Of a stretch of 64,000 bases of DNA, positions 24,036 to 36,830 are shown piece by piece. Both the position numbers and the translations under genes were made by a program. This DNA comes from Penicillus capitatus (Eukaryota; Plantae; Chlorophyta). The notes below the pieces were generated by a model that did no database searches, was not told the origin of the DNA, and saw only the letters and a list, made by a program, of their open reading frames with translations. How positions within the stretch are numbered: position 1 is the first letter of the stretch; every line of letters begins with the position of its first letter. The DNA is taken from assembly GCA_965649825.1 (NCBI GenBank), contig OZ287697.1:1412351-1476350 (forward strand), read 5' to 3'.

Positions 24036-24947
24036 CCGGTTGTCGTATCAAAGACAATTCGTTACAAGAAAAGTGACTGGTGATCACATGCATCATACAG
24101 GTTTACGTCTTGAGTATCAAAGGCGACGCTTCGGGTCGTCACGCGAGAGCGCCGAGCTTAAGAGACTATGCGGCGGAAGACTTCGGAACTTTACAGAGCA
24201 AGGTGTCTAAAGTTCCGATTTCGCTGATTTGTACGCCCGATGTGATAAGACTACACGAGACAGGCAAGTCATCCGACTTTCAGAGACAGACAAAAATACC
24301 TCTGAGAAGTCGCTAACCCTTAGCAGAGCCCCTAGGATGAAGGACCCCGAGAAAAAGAGGCACACGATGTGACACCCACGCGAGAGCGTAACGAGGTTCA
24401 CCTGATAATCACTCATTTATTTACGGCAATATCAATCTGTCGGCCATTAGATGCATGTCAAACCACGTCTGTATTATCTGTTTCTATTATCTGCAAGGTT
24501 TCATTTGCAGCGGCAATCTCTCTAACAGAACAATAATTGTCGGTGTCGGCACTCGAACACTTAGGTCGGCGGCGGAGAATCGGTCGAACGTGCGCCGATG
24601 CCGAACCTTAAATAATAATTGTCATCATCCGGTTCACAGATCTGTAATACCCTTCATTGAGATCATCTTGAGGCCAACATCGCTTCCCCGCGCACTGCCG
24701 AAAAGGGCAAAATGTGACAGGAAAGGTATGTACACAGAGACAGGATAGGATATAGATCTAATGACCTATACAGTATAGAAATCTGCTATTGCATTGTCTT
24801 GACTCGGCAGGAAACGCACACTGAATCGACCTTCAAAGTTGGCTAAGAGCCTCTCCACTAAACGCGTCACTCGAATATCTTCCAGCTCTCTTGATTACGG
24901 ATGCTGATTGATACGCTGAACAGTGTGACGGGTACGCGAGAACGGTT

Positions 24948-25009
24948 CTGGCCCCGCGGACCGGACAGGCTGTCCGCTTCCTGACGTGACAGGAGTCCGC
25001 GTGGGCCAG
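24948..25009. other. Compact T/Y-shaped three-way-junction hairpin
   Basis: Outer stem 24948-24961 pairs with 24995-25009 (14 bp, one bulged T). Arm 1 is cggaca-ggc-tgtccg (24962-24976). Arm 2 is tcctg-acgtga-cagga (24979-24994). Confidence 0.8.
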
Positions 25010-25401
25010 GGGTATTTATGTGACAGGCCGCACCATGCTGTAGTCTTTGCATCGACTCAGCACCGTCTCTTCCGACTTCTTATACGCGTCGGCGCGTTCG
25101 CGTCGCGCCAGTTGTCTGCGTATCCCCGACACAGTGGCTTGAGAATCCGTCCATATCGTCCATATCGTCCCATTTTGAGCTTCATGGTCTCGCTCAAACC
25201 CCCAACAAACGGCACGCATCTCCCCAAGCATACTAGAGACGGCATCGACAGTCTTCTTACTGCCAAGGCTCAGTGAACGGCCGCTGTGCGGCTCGTCTAA
25301 CCGGAGAGAAAACCCTTGACCGTAAGAAGCCCAATCCACCGTAAGGTGAAGCTCTTCGTCATCTCTGGCTGCCAATCGCACCGATACTGTAGTCTCGATA
25401 A

Positions 25402-26369
25402 CCAGTACACTGGTGGATGTGTTGCAGCCGCTTGCATGCATCTTCGTCTTCGCCGTTTTATGGCTGGCGATCAAGATCAGAAGGAGCAAGTCATGGATGT
25501 ACTTGCTAAGGAAATGTATCCTCAGCGCACTCGTCGTTTTCTACGTCAGCTACATCTCCATCACCAAGACGCTCGTTGACATCCTAAACTGCGTCGAAGT
25601 CCATGACTCGACGGTAGCTGGGATCGACGAGACAACAGACTACTGGGCAGTGGATACCAGTGTTGAGTGCTACGAAAGATCCCATGCCGCGCTGGCTTAT
25701 CTGTTGGCATGGCCATTCCTCGTTATCTTCAGTGTTGGGTTTCCACTCTCTGTCGCATTTCTGGTCGTCAAGAAGGTTAAAGAAGACTACAAGGATGGAT
25801 GGATCTACGAAGTCAGCGGCTTCGTGTACCGATCCTACAGCAAAAGATACATCTTCTGGGAATCCGTGATCATGATCAGGAAAGCCCTTCTCGCCGTCGT
25901 GGTCGTTTTCTCTTACGAATTGGGATTCAAGGTTCAAGCGGTTCTGGCCTCTTTCGTCCTTACAATGGCAGGTTACTTTCAAATGAAGTGCCGTCCCTAT
26001 CGTGAAGAGTTCGATTCTCTCAATGACGTTGAGAGTCTCTCCATCTTGATCTCTTCTCTCACGTTCGTCTGCAGCACCTTCTTTGGAGTCGAACACGTTT
26101 CGGATGAGGTTCGTGTGCTCATCAGCGTTCTCTTATGCTTTGCAAACGTCCTGTTCTTTTTCTACCTGCTCACTCTTTTTACTGTCTTCGGAGCCAAGTA
26201 CCTGAAAACAGTGCTGGTTAGAGAAGGAATTCATCACTCTCCAGCAGACGGCACCTTTCGCATTCTCGGTGCCTATTTTATCAACTATCTATTCACTGAT
26301 GTGAAGGATGCCATGGTGAGATGGGTGAATCATGGCAAATCTCGTCGCTATCTCCGTTCTGAAGTTTGA
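25402..26369 (+). CDS. R1': 5'-truncated duplicate of R1 encoding only the membrane domain (open frame; truncated gene or young pseudogene)
   Basis: Homology to R1 begins abruptly at ccagtacactgg (25402 = 1629) inside the last exon. The frame is open to TGA 26369. First in-frame ATG is in SWMYLL. Upstream sequence is unrelated and has an in-frame TGA near 25350. Confidence 0.7.
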
Positions 26370-27841
26370 AGTGGCTTCATCATGTTTCACATGTCGATTT
26401 GGGGGAAAATAAAGAGGAGCGGTCGAAGTTCTCTACCCTTCATCATATCGATGATGTCGGGCATCTTAAGAGGACAGAAGTTGTTGTCGAACATGAGTTT
26501 AAACAGAAGCGTCTCATTGTTTTGCAGATTAGCCTTTCCATCATCGTCTTCGATTCGCTGAGATCACCGATTACTTGATGCGGAATGCATAGCAACAATG
26601 CTTCATTCCCAAGGGGGCGTCTCGATCCAGATTCGGACACATGCAGAACGCAGCAGGATACAAAGGCTGCATCGTTTATTCGGATTCTCTCTGGACAGAG
26701 AGAGATCACCTTCACCTGTCCACACCGACAACTTCTGTGTCGTCGCAAACATTTCTTGGTGCATGTCTAACGGCAGAGATTCGAATGTTGCCTCCAAAAC
26801 GCAAAAGTGTGTTAAAGTGTGAGAACGTTTACGACATCGGCACAGAGCTGTGTCGTCGAAGGATTCGCCCAAAGGCAGCAGCATCATCCGTCTGGCAAAC
26901 TCCGAAGGAACGGACGCAATGTCAGCCACAGATTCAGTAAGAGAGCTCCTATGTCACACAATCTGTGAAGGAAGATTCGACTCGGCGGCTCGTACACGGG
27001 CGCGTTCTCTCTCATGGGACGTCGCGCAAAGCACATGAGAGCGTGTTGAGTTTCTGAGAAATTAAGTACCATACAAGCCGCAAAACGTCTGCGCGAACAT
27101 CTGCGATGGGATTACTCTGTGTGAAGACAAAGAACGGAGCGGACCTATAGAGAGAGGGCAGCTGAACAGTGACGATATTCTTTGGTTGAGACTCTTTACT
27201 GAGCGTCTCGTTCTTCGAAGTCGGGGTAGTCGTCGTCTGCATGTCGCCTGCGACGTCATTTTGAAGGAAACGGTTCCGTGGCCAAGGAGGAGCACTTGCA
27301 GACGCAGCTCTGTGTCGACTGTTTCAGCGTTCGAAAAGCGAAGGCTTATGGCAAATGGCCTGCTACATACAACACGACACCGAGAAGCTAACTCTCACCT
27401 GGACATCGAATCACTGGAGTCCTCTGTTCAGACTGCAGCAGGAAGTGCACGTTATCGGCAACTTCATCATTCATGTTCGCGTTCTGGTGAGAGACGATTC
27501 GGCAGCTCTGGCCGCAAGCTGTAGGGGACACCTGTCTGTGATGTGCAGGACTTGGGATGTATCACCTTCTTGTGTGCTTACCATATGCGAATCTTCGTTG
27601 GCGTTTTTTGCTGCTAAATTAGAGGGGGTCACACTTTCAGAATGTGTGACAGACTCAGTGCATAAAGATTTCGAGCGCACGAGCAGGAAAGGATGGCATT
27701 CAACTCCTAATGTAATGCAGTTTCTTACATCTCACACATTCATCTCAACATGAAGTTGCTTAGTGATTGACAATCGTTGTCTTATGGACACTGTCGTTTA
27801 AATGAAAGCCTTAATGAAAGCAAACGTGTCTGGATGTGCAC

Positions 27842-30800
27842 TTAGTGACTTGTACCCCTAGTGGGATTCGCGGTGACCGAGGTTCTGCGGCGGCCACTGC
27901 CACGGCGACGACACAGAGAAAGAAAACTCTGTTTGAACAGGACAAAGATGTGATCGGTTACGTAGACTCTGATAATGTGATGTGGTCCTGAATTGGGATC
28001 GACTGGCACACCCTCGTTGATCAATGTCATCTTCAAGTACGTGGCACCAAAGCTGACGAAACAACAGAGAAAGCAGAACAGCAGCATGGCGTTGCACAGG
28101 ACAACACCAATGGCCACGAGGACTCGAACAACTGAGGAGACTCTGTCTTCGCTGAAGAAGATGCTCGAGACAAAGGTCATCGATGACACGAGAATCGAGG
28201 CTCCCTCCATTTCGTTCAGGACGTCAAACTCGTGACGGTACGGACGGCAGACTGTCTGCACGTACAGGGCCAGAATCAGGACGAATACAGCAAGAACCTG
28301 CTGCAGATCGGCGCCCAACGGGTAAGAAAAAACAACAACGACGGCCAGAATGGCCTTCCGCAGCAGGATGATCGATTCCCAGAAGATGTACTTCTTCCTG
28401 TACGATCGGTAAAGGAAACCGGCAACGTCGTAGATCCATCCCTCTTTGTAGTCTTCTTTGACGTTGCAAACAGTGACGTAACCAATGACGGCGGGAAAGC
28501 CAAAAGTGAAGATGACCAAGAACGGCCATCCCAGGACACCCGCCAGCACTGCATGGGATCCCTCGTAGCACTTGATCGCGGTGTCGACAGACCAGTAATC
28601 CGTTGTGTGGTCGACGCCGACGGAGACCGAGTCGTGGACGCTGATGCAGCTGAGGATGTTGACGAGAGATTTGCTGAGGGAGATGTAACTGATGTAGAAG
28701 ATGACGAGGGAACTCAGGATAACCTTCTTCAGCAGATAGATCCATGTCTTCTGGTAGCAGGTCTTGATCGTGAACCAGAAGATGGCGTAGACGAGGATAG
28801 CGGCGAGGGGCTGGAAGATGTCGACCAGAGTGCTTCCGATGGAGCGTTCGATCGAGGCAGTCGTCGGAATGATGCAGTCCACGGAACGATTGACGGCTTC
28901 GGACGTGATGCCGCTGACGAACTCTGCAGAGAAGACAACGCAGTGATCGACAGTTTGGAGCCACGGTGATCCCTTACCGGCGGCTTCGAACATGGCGATG
29001 ATGGCGAGTGTCCACTCGACGTTGACAGCAATGGCGATTGCCGTCACCTGGAGAAAGTCCACTGTTATCTGCACATAACAGCCAAGATTGTCTGTCACTC
29101 ATTCAGTGTGAGCTAGATCGAAAGACAGGACCTTGAACATCTCGACTGCTTTCCATTTGGCGAGTTCTGCATCTTCAAGGCTCCGGTTAGGATCGTTCTC
29201 TTGTTCCTGGTCGTTTCTTTGTTCGGGATCGATTCTGTGATCGTATCGAGAGCTCAGAAACTTACTAGGTACGTTTCCAGTGACCATCATCTCTACCATC
29301 TGTTCATTGACCGGAACCGAACGCGTACTTGCAGATGCGAGAGCTGGCTGAGAAGCGGATTCTTCTGGCGGCCAAGGAGATGCAGCAGCAGTGACAGGAG
29401 TCCGATTGCTTCTGACTGTGAAGCTTGACAGTCCCATCAGGACGAGAAAGGAGACGAAGATCAGAGCGTAGTTGCCGAATCCCGAGAAGCACTTCTCGCA
29501 GAGGAACGAGTGCGTCTTTCCGTAAGACTCCTTGCACGAACCGCAGAGAGGTCCATCGTGTCCCTGTTGAACAACATGTCTGAGAAACTTAGATAACATC
29601 CAGACGCACCTCTCTGCACTGCGCCTCTGCGTAGTTCTCGAGAGATTCCTCGTCGAATTCGCAGCTCTCCACGTCTTTGGTCGCTTCTATCATATCTTGC
29701 TGCCTGTCTTCAAAGTCGCAGCCGTCGGATGCGAGACACCTCTGGATGTGTTCTGAGCACGGTGTCTTATGCCAGTATCCTTTCTTCGGCAGAATCACTC
29801 GGGTCTCGCAGTTCCCGTTCTCGGGACACGGATGGCAGGCCAGGTCGTCGTCAGGATGGAAGCTGAAAGTCGATGTCGTGCAGGGCTCGCAGAAGGTGCC
29901 GTTTCCCGATGGCACCTCGCCCATGTCGCAGCTCTTCACTTCGACGGTGATCTCCATACTGTTGATCTGCTCTTGATCGAATTCGACGACGACCTTGTAG
30001 GTGCCAGGCGTCGCAAAGCCGGTGGTGGTGAGATGGACGACATCCTGGTCCAAGAGCACCCCCACTCGCCCGTCAAATAAGCCATCTGGCGAAGACATCA
30101 CGGCGAAAACCTCTCTGCTGTTTGATCCAACTGCAGGATCTTGGCCGAAGTCGTCAACAGCTCTCAGGGCAATCGTGGGAAGCGGCGTACCACTCTTGTG
30201 GTTGCGTATGATGTAGGTGTCTTCGTTCAACGACACCACATCTCCCTCCCTCTCGCCGAGTATATTCATCTCGATGCTGGCGAGGTAGGATGCAACTTCT
30301 TGGCCGTATCTGCCGGCCGCGTTGCCCGACATAGCTGGACAGATATCCTCTGCGAATTCCAGGCCCATCAGCGACTCCAATTGCTTCCTCGAATAGAATT
30401 CCGGTTCTTCACTGGACGTCTCGGCCGGACACTGAATTCGCATGATTGCCGCCCTGTCGACGACGACTCCTCCGCCAGCCGCTTCTGCTCCATTCCCCGA
30501 GAGGGAAGAGTTGACCACGGCGACTACTCCGCAGATGTCTACTTGTCTCTGCGAGCAGTTCTGGTGCGCCGCCTGCACCTCTCTGGCAACATGCAGTCCA
30601 CCTGCGCGATAGGATGATCACTTCTCCTCTGTTGGCACACATGAGAGTACCTCCGTACACTGCTGAGTTGTTCGCCACAGTGCTCTCCACCAACTGGAGA
30701 GCGAGGGATCGTGGATCGGTGTACTCGAGAAAGATCGCTCCTCCGCGTGTTGCTCTGTTGTCTTGCAGTATGCAGTTGACGCACAGAATGCGCGAGGCGG

Positions 30801-33800
30801 ATCTGCCCGCGATGGCTCCCCCGTCCTCCTCCGCTGTGCAGCGAGACACAGTCATATTCTTCGCTCTGACATCGGATTCGGACAACGCAATGGCACCTCC
30901 ATCGACATCGGCACTGCCGTTGAACATCGACGTCGACTCAACGAATATTACGCTCCTCTTCTCGGCACTGACATAGCCGCCGCTTTCGGAGACCTTTCCG
31001 TCAGCGATTTCCAGGTCACAGATGTTCAGCATCGACTCGGAGAGGAAGAAGCTGCCACCCCGCTCGGCTGTGCCATTGGCCAAGCTGCTGGATGTGACAC
31101 TCAGAGATGATGCCTTCATGTGGCAATGTCCTCCGGATTCTGCAGCACGGTTGCCGGCAAATGTGATGTTCGCCAGATTCCCGGTGGTGTTCCTTCGCAG
31201 ATCGAGAGCTCCGCCCAATCGGGCAGTGTTGTTGCTGATGTGCGCGTCCGTGATGTTGACAGCGCTTGGCTCTGTGGAGAACAGTCCACCTCCGTTGCTG
31301 GCAGCATTGTTCCCTGCGAGAAGCAGTCTGCTGGCAGTGAGATTGCTCCGAGATATCTCGATGCCGCCTCCCTTGTCATCAGAATGACTGGCTGTGATAC
31401 TGACGTTTGTCAACACAGCAGATGCATGCTCTGTCAGTCGTAGTCCGCCACCGTCCTTCGATGCCCGACAGTCTTGGATAACCGTATTCTGCAGCGTGAG
31501 ATTTCCATCGCTACTGTCGATGCATCCACCCAACCGAGCAGTCCCATTCTCTAGTGATGAATCATTAATAAGTAGAAGACTGTTCTCCAAAGTGTATATG
31601 AATCCACCAATTTCACCTTGACTGTTCTTCAAAGTACATCGACTCAGGTTAAAGGCGGAGTGTTCGGTATGTAGCGCGCCGCCGGTGTACGTGGCCTGAT
31701 TGTCGATCAAAGTGGCGTTTACGAGATTATCGTTCTCGCCGTACGCTTCCAGTATGGCGCCGCCACTTGTGGCAGAGTTGTTCCTGAAGAGAGAGTTAGT
31801 GACGGTCATGTTGTCCGAACTGACGGCATAGAGGCCTCCTCCTGATGCATCGACAGCGTTGCTCTCGAAAACCAACTCGTCTCCAGAAATCATCGATGCG
31901 CCTCTTCCATAGAATCCCCCTCCATAAGCTGCTCGATTTAGTACAAAGCGTATACGAGTCATGACGGCTGTTCCGGATAAGGTCACTCGGATGGCGCCGC
32001 CAGCATGCCCAGCTTGGCACTCTTGCAAGGTTACGTTGTGCACAGTGACTGTTCCTGTCTCGCAGTTTATGCAGGCGCCTGACATCGCAGTGCCATTCCT
32101 GAAGAGAGAATGTCTGATGTCGACGTAGGACGCTTCGATAATCTCCAGACATCCGCCACTACTCTCTGCCCTTCCGTTGTTGAGGACGCATCGTCTGATG
32201 GTGGCATTCGATCCGGAGACGTGCACGGATCCTCCCTCTAAAGATGCCGAGTTCTCGGTGAAGTTGACGCCGACGAAAACGCCAACAGAATTCGTCGAAA
32301 GCCTGACGGCCCCTCCCCTCACAGCCGAGTTATTGCGGAAGAGCGAATCTCTGATGGACAGTTCCGACTCCACGGCGTACACGGCGCTTCCATTGTTGTC
32401 TGCCAGATTCAGTCCATCGCCGACGATCTGCGTCTCCGTGGTGTAGAGTCCCGCTCCGTGTTCTGCCGATCCTTTGTCGATGCGGCATCTTCGGATGTCG
32501 AGTCTGGATTCCTTGGCGTGAACTGCACCGCCAGACGTCGATGCGTTGTTCTGGTCGAACTCGCAGTCGGAGAGGTTGACCGAGAGGGCCAGATCCAGAT
32601 AGAGAACGCCGCCGACGTCGGCTGTGTTCTTTCTGAAAGTGCTATCTGCGATGGCGACGTCAGATTCGGAGGCGGCCAGCACTCCGCCAGAACTGTTGGC
32701 CCTGTTTGCGACGAATCGGCATGACTGGATGACGGCAGAGCTGGCTGCTCGAAGACTCAAGGCGCCGCCCTCTCTTGCTTCGTTCCGTTTGAATGTGTCG
32801 TTTGCCAAAGTCACATTCGAGCTTGTTGCTAAGATGGTGGATCCAGTCGTGCAAGCATTCTCTTCGAAACGAGTGTCCCGGACGGATGCAGATGCATTCG
32901 ACAGTCGAATGCAGGGAGTGTTAGCGTCCGCCTCGGAGATGTTGACTGCATTCTGGACAAAGGAAGCGTTGGACAGATCCAACGATCCACTCTCGACTTG
33001 AAGGATGGGACACGCGTTCTCTGCAGCGTCCATGCGCTCGATGGATGTCTCTGACCCGTCTGGCCCGCGGAACACTACTGTGCTGGCGTTGGCGGAGTCC
33101 GACAGACGGTTCTGCCGAACTCGGATGTTTTCCAGTTGGTTCCGACGGGACAGCGTCACACCACAGTGACCGCCGCACTCATTGTCAGAGAATTCGAAGT
33201 CCATCAGCTCCAGTCTGGAGCAGGAAGGACTCTCCATGGCGAGAGCAGCAGCATCGATCGCGGTGTTCCGTTCGAAGCTGACGTGCTGAAGCTGGATGAC
33301 GCCTTGCGTTCTGCTGGACTGGCACTCCTCCACCTCGACGATACCTCGAGACCCAGAAGAACCTCTCAGAGAGCAGTTTTCGAATCTGAGGTTTGCGAGC
33401 AGAACACTTCTAGATCTACACAGAAACGGAGTCTCAACGCTGCCTTCTCACCAATGCCGGTAGGCTCACCTGACAAGGAAGACCCCTTCACCTTCGACGG
33501 GGCATGTTATGGACGCCTTTAGAGGAGCCCTAGGATAGAGCCCGTCCACACTCCGAGTCCTGCCCGTCGCTGCGCTGATCGTCACATTCCACGGGATGAT
33601 GACTCTAGCTGCGGGCTGGATGGCTGCAGTGACGTCGAAGACGAGCGTGTCTCCTTCTGTCGTACAGTTAACGATGACCTGCAGGTCGTTGTCAATCGCC
33701 TCAAGAACTGCGTCGTCGATACGCCAAGTACGCGTCGATGTGTCGAGATACCGACGCACCTCGCTTCTGCTCAAAGCGCACGCATACTCTGAGCGGATTC

Positions 33801-34103
33801 ACAGACCAAGTTCTCAGTCCCTTGGGACGCATCCGCAGTTTGTGGCTCACCCGGATTTGAACTGTCGGCGTCGTTTTGCAGCAATTGTTTCCCGAGACGC
33901 TGTTCGCCGATAACGAAATCGCCGTCCGCCGACCGAGACGCCGCCATGCGCGAAGAGTCACCGAACCCGTCAATGTCGTTTTCGGTCCTCTCCGACGCGG
34001 GTCGGTTACGGTCCGAAGGCACAGTCATTTCGGCAATGGCGTGTAGCGAGAGCAGAAACGGTGCAAGGCAGAAGACGGAGAGAAATCGCAAGAGAGTGGC
34101 CAT
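27842..34103 (-). CDS. R2': duplicate of R2, 1977 aa
   Basis: Exons 34103-33851, 33788-33470, 33415-30651, 30601-29610, 29563-29132, 29068-28978, 28923-27842 sum to 5934 nt. Same intron positions as R2. Confidence 0.93.
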
Positions 34104-35530
34104 GGCGATAGTCGCAATGTCCGTTTGGTTAACAATCAGCTTTCGATATAAGAAGCTTCGACGGTTGTCTGCAGGTTCTACCCATCGCCAACGCTCCGCC
34201 TCAAGTTGGAAGCTGGCGGAAACTGGCCGATAGAGCGCATCATCGATCGGTCTTCATTTCTCCACGCGTCCTGTCGATGTCTTCTTCTGCAACCGCAAGA
34301 AGATTTTGCGCCCCTAGTATTCTGGCGGTCACTTCTCAGCAACGGCAGCGTGATGGACAGAGTCTGGACAGGAGAAGCGATTCCAGGACCTGACATACGG
34401 GACACGCAGGCCGACCGTGACGCGACGGACGTAATTGATTCCAGCCCGCGGCAGCTGCCCGTCGAGTGAGTTTCCGCGTCCCTGCGTCCTTTGCTTCTAG
34501 GAGAATGCCTTTTTCGTTACCGAGAAGGGACGCACGAGCTGTCTTTCCACCGGATTCGACAGAGCAGCTGCCCATGACACGAACGGTCCAATGCCTGCGC
34601 TCTACGGAAATAGATAGAATGTGGCTGAAAACGATCGTCTGCCTCTCTGTTGCGGCAGACACTCGGCAACGTAGACTGAACAGATTTTTCGACGTGCACT
34701 GGCACCGTATCATTCATCTCTGAAGTGGAGGTTAAAATGTAGATGGAGGAAGCTCAATGACACAGATAGGTAAGGATAGACTCCTGCTGCCTGTCACGCC
34801 AATCCACCAGAAGCATTCTGAGCGAGACGGGAGAGAGCAAAACCAGAACCAACTCTCTTTGCAGCTGCAGTAATCTGTCGGAGAACGTGATGAGAGGAAG
34901 GCATACTATGCGCAAAGGTGTTCGTCATGACTGGCATCGCACCACATCAATGACATCCCGGATGATGGTAATACAAATAGGATCCCCGAATAGATTTGCA
35001 ACCTCCTGGCTCACGACATTGTACACTTCATGTTACCCGTTGAGCTACAGAAAGGTGCACCGATGATCGTTGACAAGCTTGACCGTAGACAATACCGTAG
35101 TTGACTGTAGATACGTTTCCGTCTCGTTTGTTCGTTCTTGCGCGTCTCGTACGACAACAGGTCGCAGAGAGGATAGACGGGAGGGGAGGTCCGGGAAAGG
35201 AAGCCTGCCATGTTTCCGAATCGAAAGCAGACGTCAAAAGACGGCATACGTAGCATGCTCAGCAGCACATAAGAAATCGAATGGGCTGCGGTCTATAAAA
35301 GCTGACGTGAACATACGGTCTTCGGTGTCTTGACTGAATATCATGTCTGTCAGAACACACGCACTCCGATGATGGCGTCGGTCAAGAGGACAGACACGTG
35401 GACGTTTTGGTTCATTGAGCACACTGGCATCATTCTGGACACCTTCTGAGTAATTACTTTCGTTACATGTACGACAAAACGTGTGAGCGTCACGTCACAT
35501 GCATTCTCTTTCATTTGCCTGATCGTGCCC

Positions 35531-36106
35531 TTTCTAGGATTTCCTCTCATCACTACGTGCGTCATCTCTATGGACAAACGAACGCACAGGAGAGAGCGAT
35601 GGATTCAATGCCTCTTTGGATTCACGTATCAGTCTTACAAGGACAGTCACTGCTTCTGGGAGTGTGTCGTCGCCGGACGGAGGCTGTCATTGCTGGCGTT
35701 GTCGTTCTTGCCTATCCACTGGGAGCCAGTCTCCAAGTCGTGTTTGCTTCTTTCGTCTCCACCGTCGCCCTCTACCAGCAAACAGCCTGTCGGCCATTCA
35801 GAAACGATCTCGATCTGTCGAGCGACTTGGAAAGTTACTCTCTTCTGGTATCGCTCTTGACGTTTATATCCAATCAACTGTTTTTCCCTTTTGTTAATTC
35901 TGCTAAGACCCGTGGTAGACCATCTCAGAGATGTGCTTACGAATCAGCACGTTTCTTTTGATTCAAACACAAGTCGACCGCGTCTATCGGCAATCTTTCT
36001 TGGGCGTCATCTGCCTGGGTCGATACGAAATGTGATTCGCACATGGATCAGTGATCTTGCTGCACTCTATCGCAAATTTGAGGCTGAAAACTGTGGTACA
36101 CCTTAA
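35531..36106 (+). pseudogene. psi1': partial second copy of psi1 (membrane-domain end)
   Basis: Matches 22207-22780 (GFPLIT, YPLGASLQVVFASFV, CRPF, SDLAALYRKFEAENC.TP*) with frameshifts. Confidence 0.8.
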
Positions 36107-36830
36107 GATCTGGGTTTGCATTGGCGCCTAACACATATTTGAATCTCTTTTATTAGATCAGAGTTATTTCCTAGGTCACACAAATACAGTTCATGCCAAC
36201 AATTACCATCATCTTTGTTTCCACGACGTGACAGATGATGGAATGTATCGTCTACAAAGAGATGTAAGGATGCACCATCGATTCTTACCAAGCTGTCATC
36301 TGCAAGACAATAGGCCACACAGTTCGTTGAGAAGCATTCCACGCTGGAAGGCACCAATGGAAAATCCATTCGCAGCGATGACGTGACACACCCAAGGCGA
36401 TTCCGCGTCGTTTCGTTGTCATAGAAAAAGATTCTAGATGTGTTCGGGGGGCCTGTTGCCGCTCATGTCAACCGAGTGCGACGAAGAAGCCCATCTTTCT
36501 CCGTCGCATGGTCGTCTGATGTACTTCTAAAGAGTGAGAGTCGATGGAATGAGAAAAACGCGAAGCAGAGCGCTGTTTACGTTTATCCGTTACGGACACA
36601 GGAATTGCTACGCTTCTTGCGCTCAGAAGCCGAGAGGAAGAACATGGGACACGTGGCTGGATTGTGTTTCTGATTAAGAGTCGTGGTGGCAGCTGTACGA
36701 TAGCTACAGTCATATGACTTCGACCTCATATTCGCCAGATTTTCACAGTACAGCTGTCGTCTTTCTAACTATAAAAACCGCACGGTTTGCAAAAGTTTGT
36801 TGAAGTTGTCCTTAAGCCACCTGACGAAGA

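Larger units (their letters stand above)
25402..35527. repeat. Segmental duplication copy X'
   Basis: Starts at ccagtacactgg and ends at gcctgatcgtg, where it switches directly into a copy of 22207-24035. Confidence 0.95.

Noticed and set aside
24948-25009. Hammerhead ribozyme interpretation of the three-way junction
   Set aside because: The junction lacks the CUGAnGA and GAAA core on either strand.
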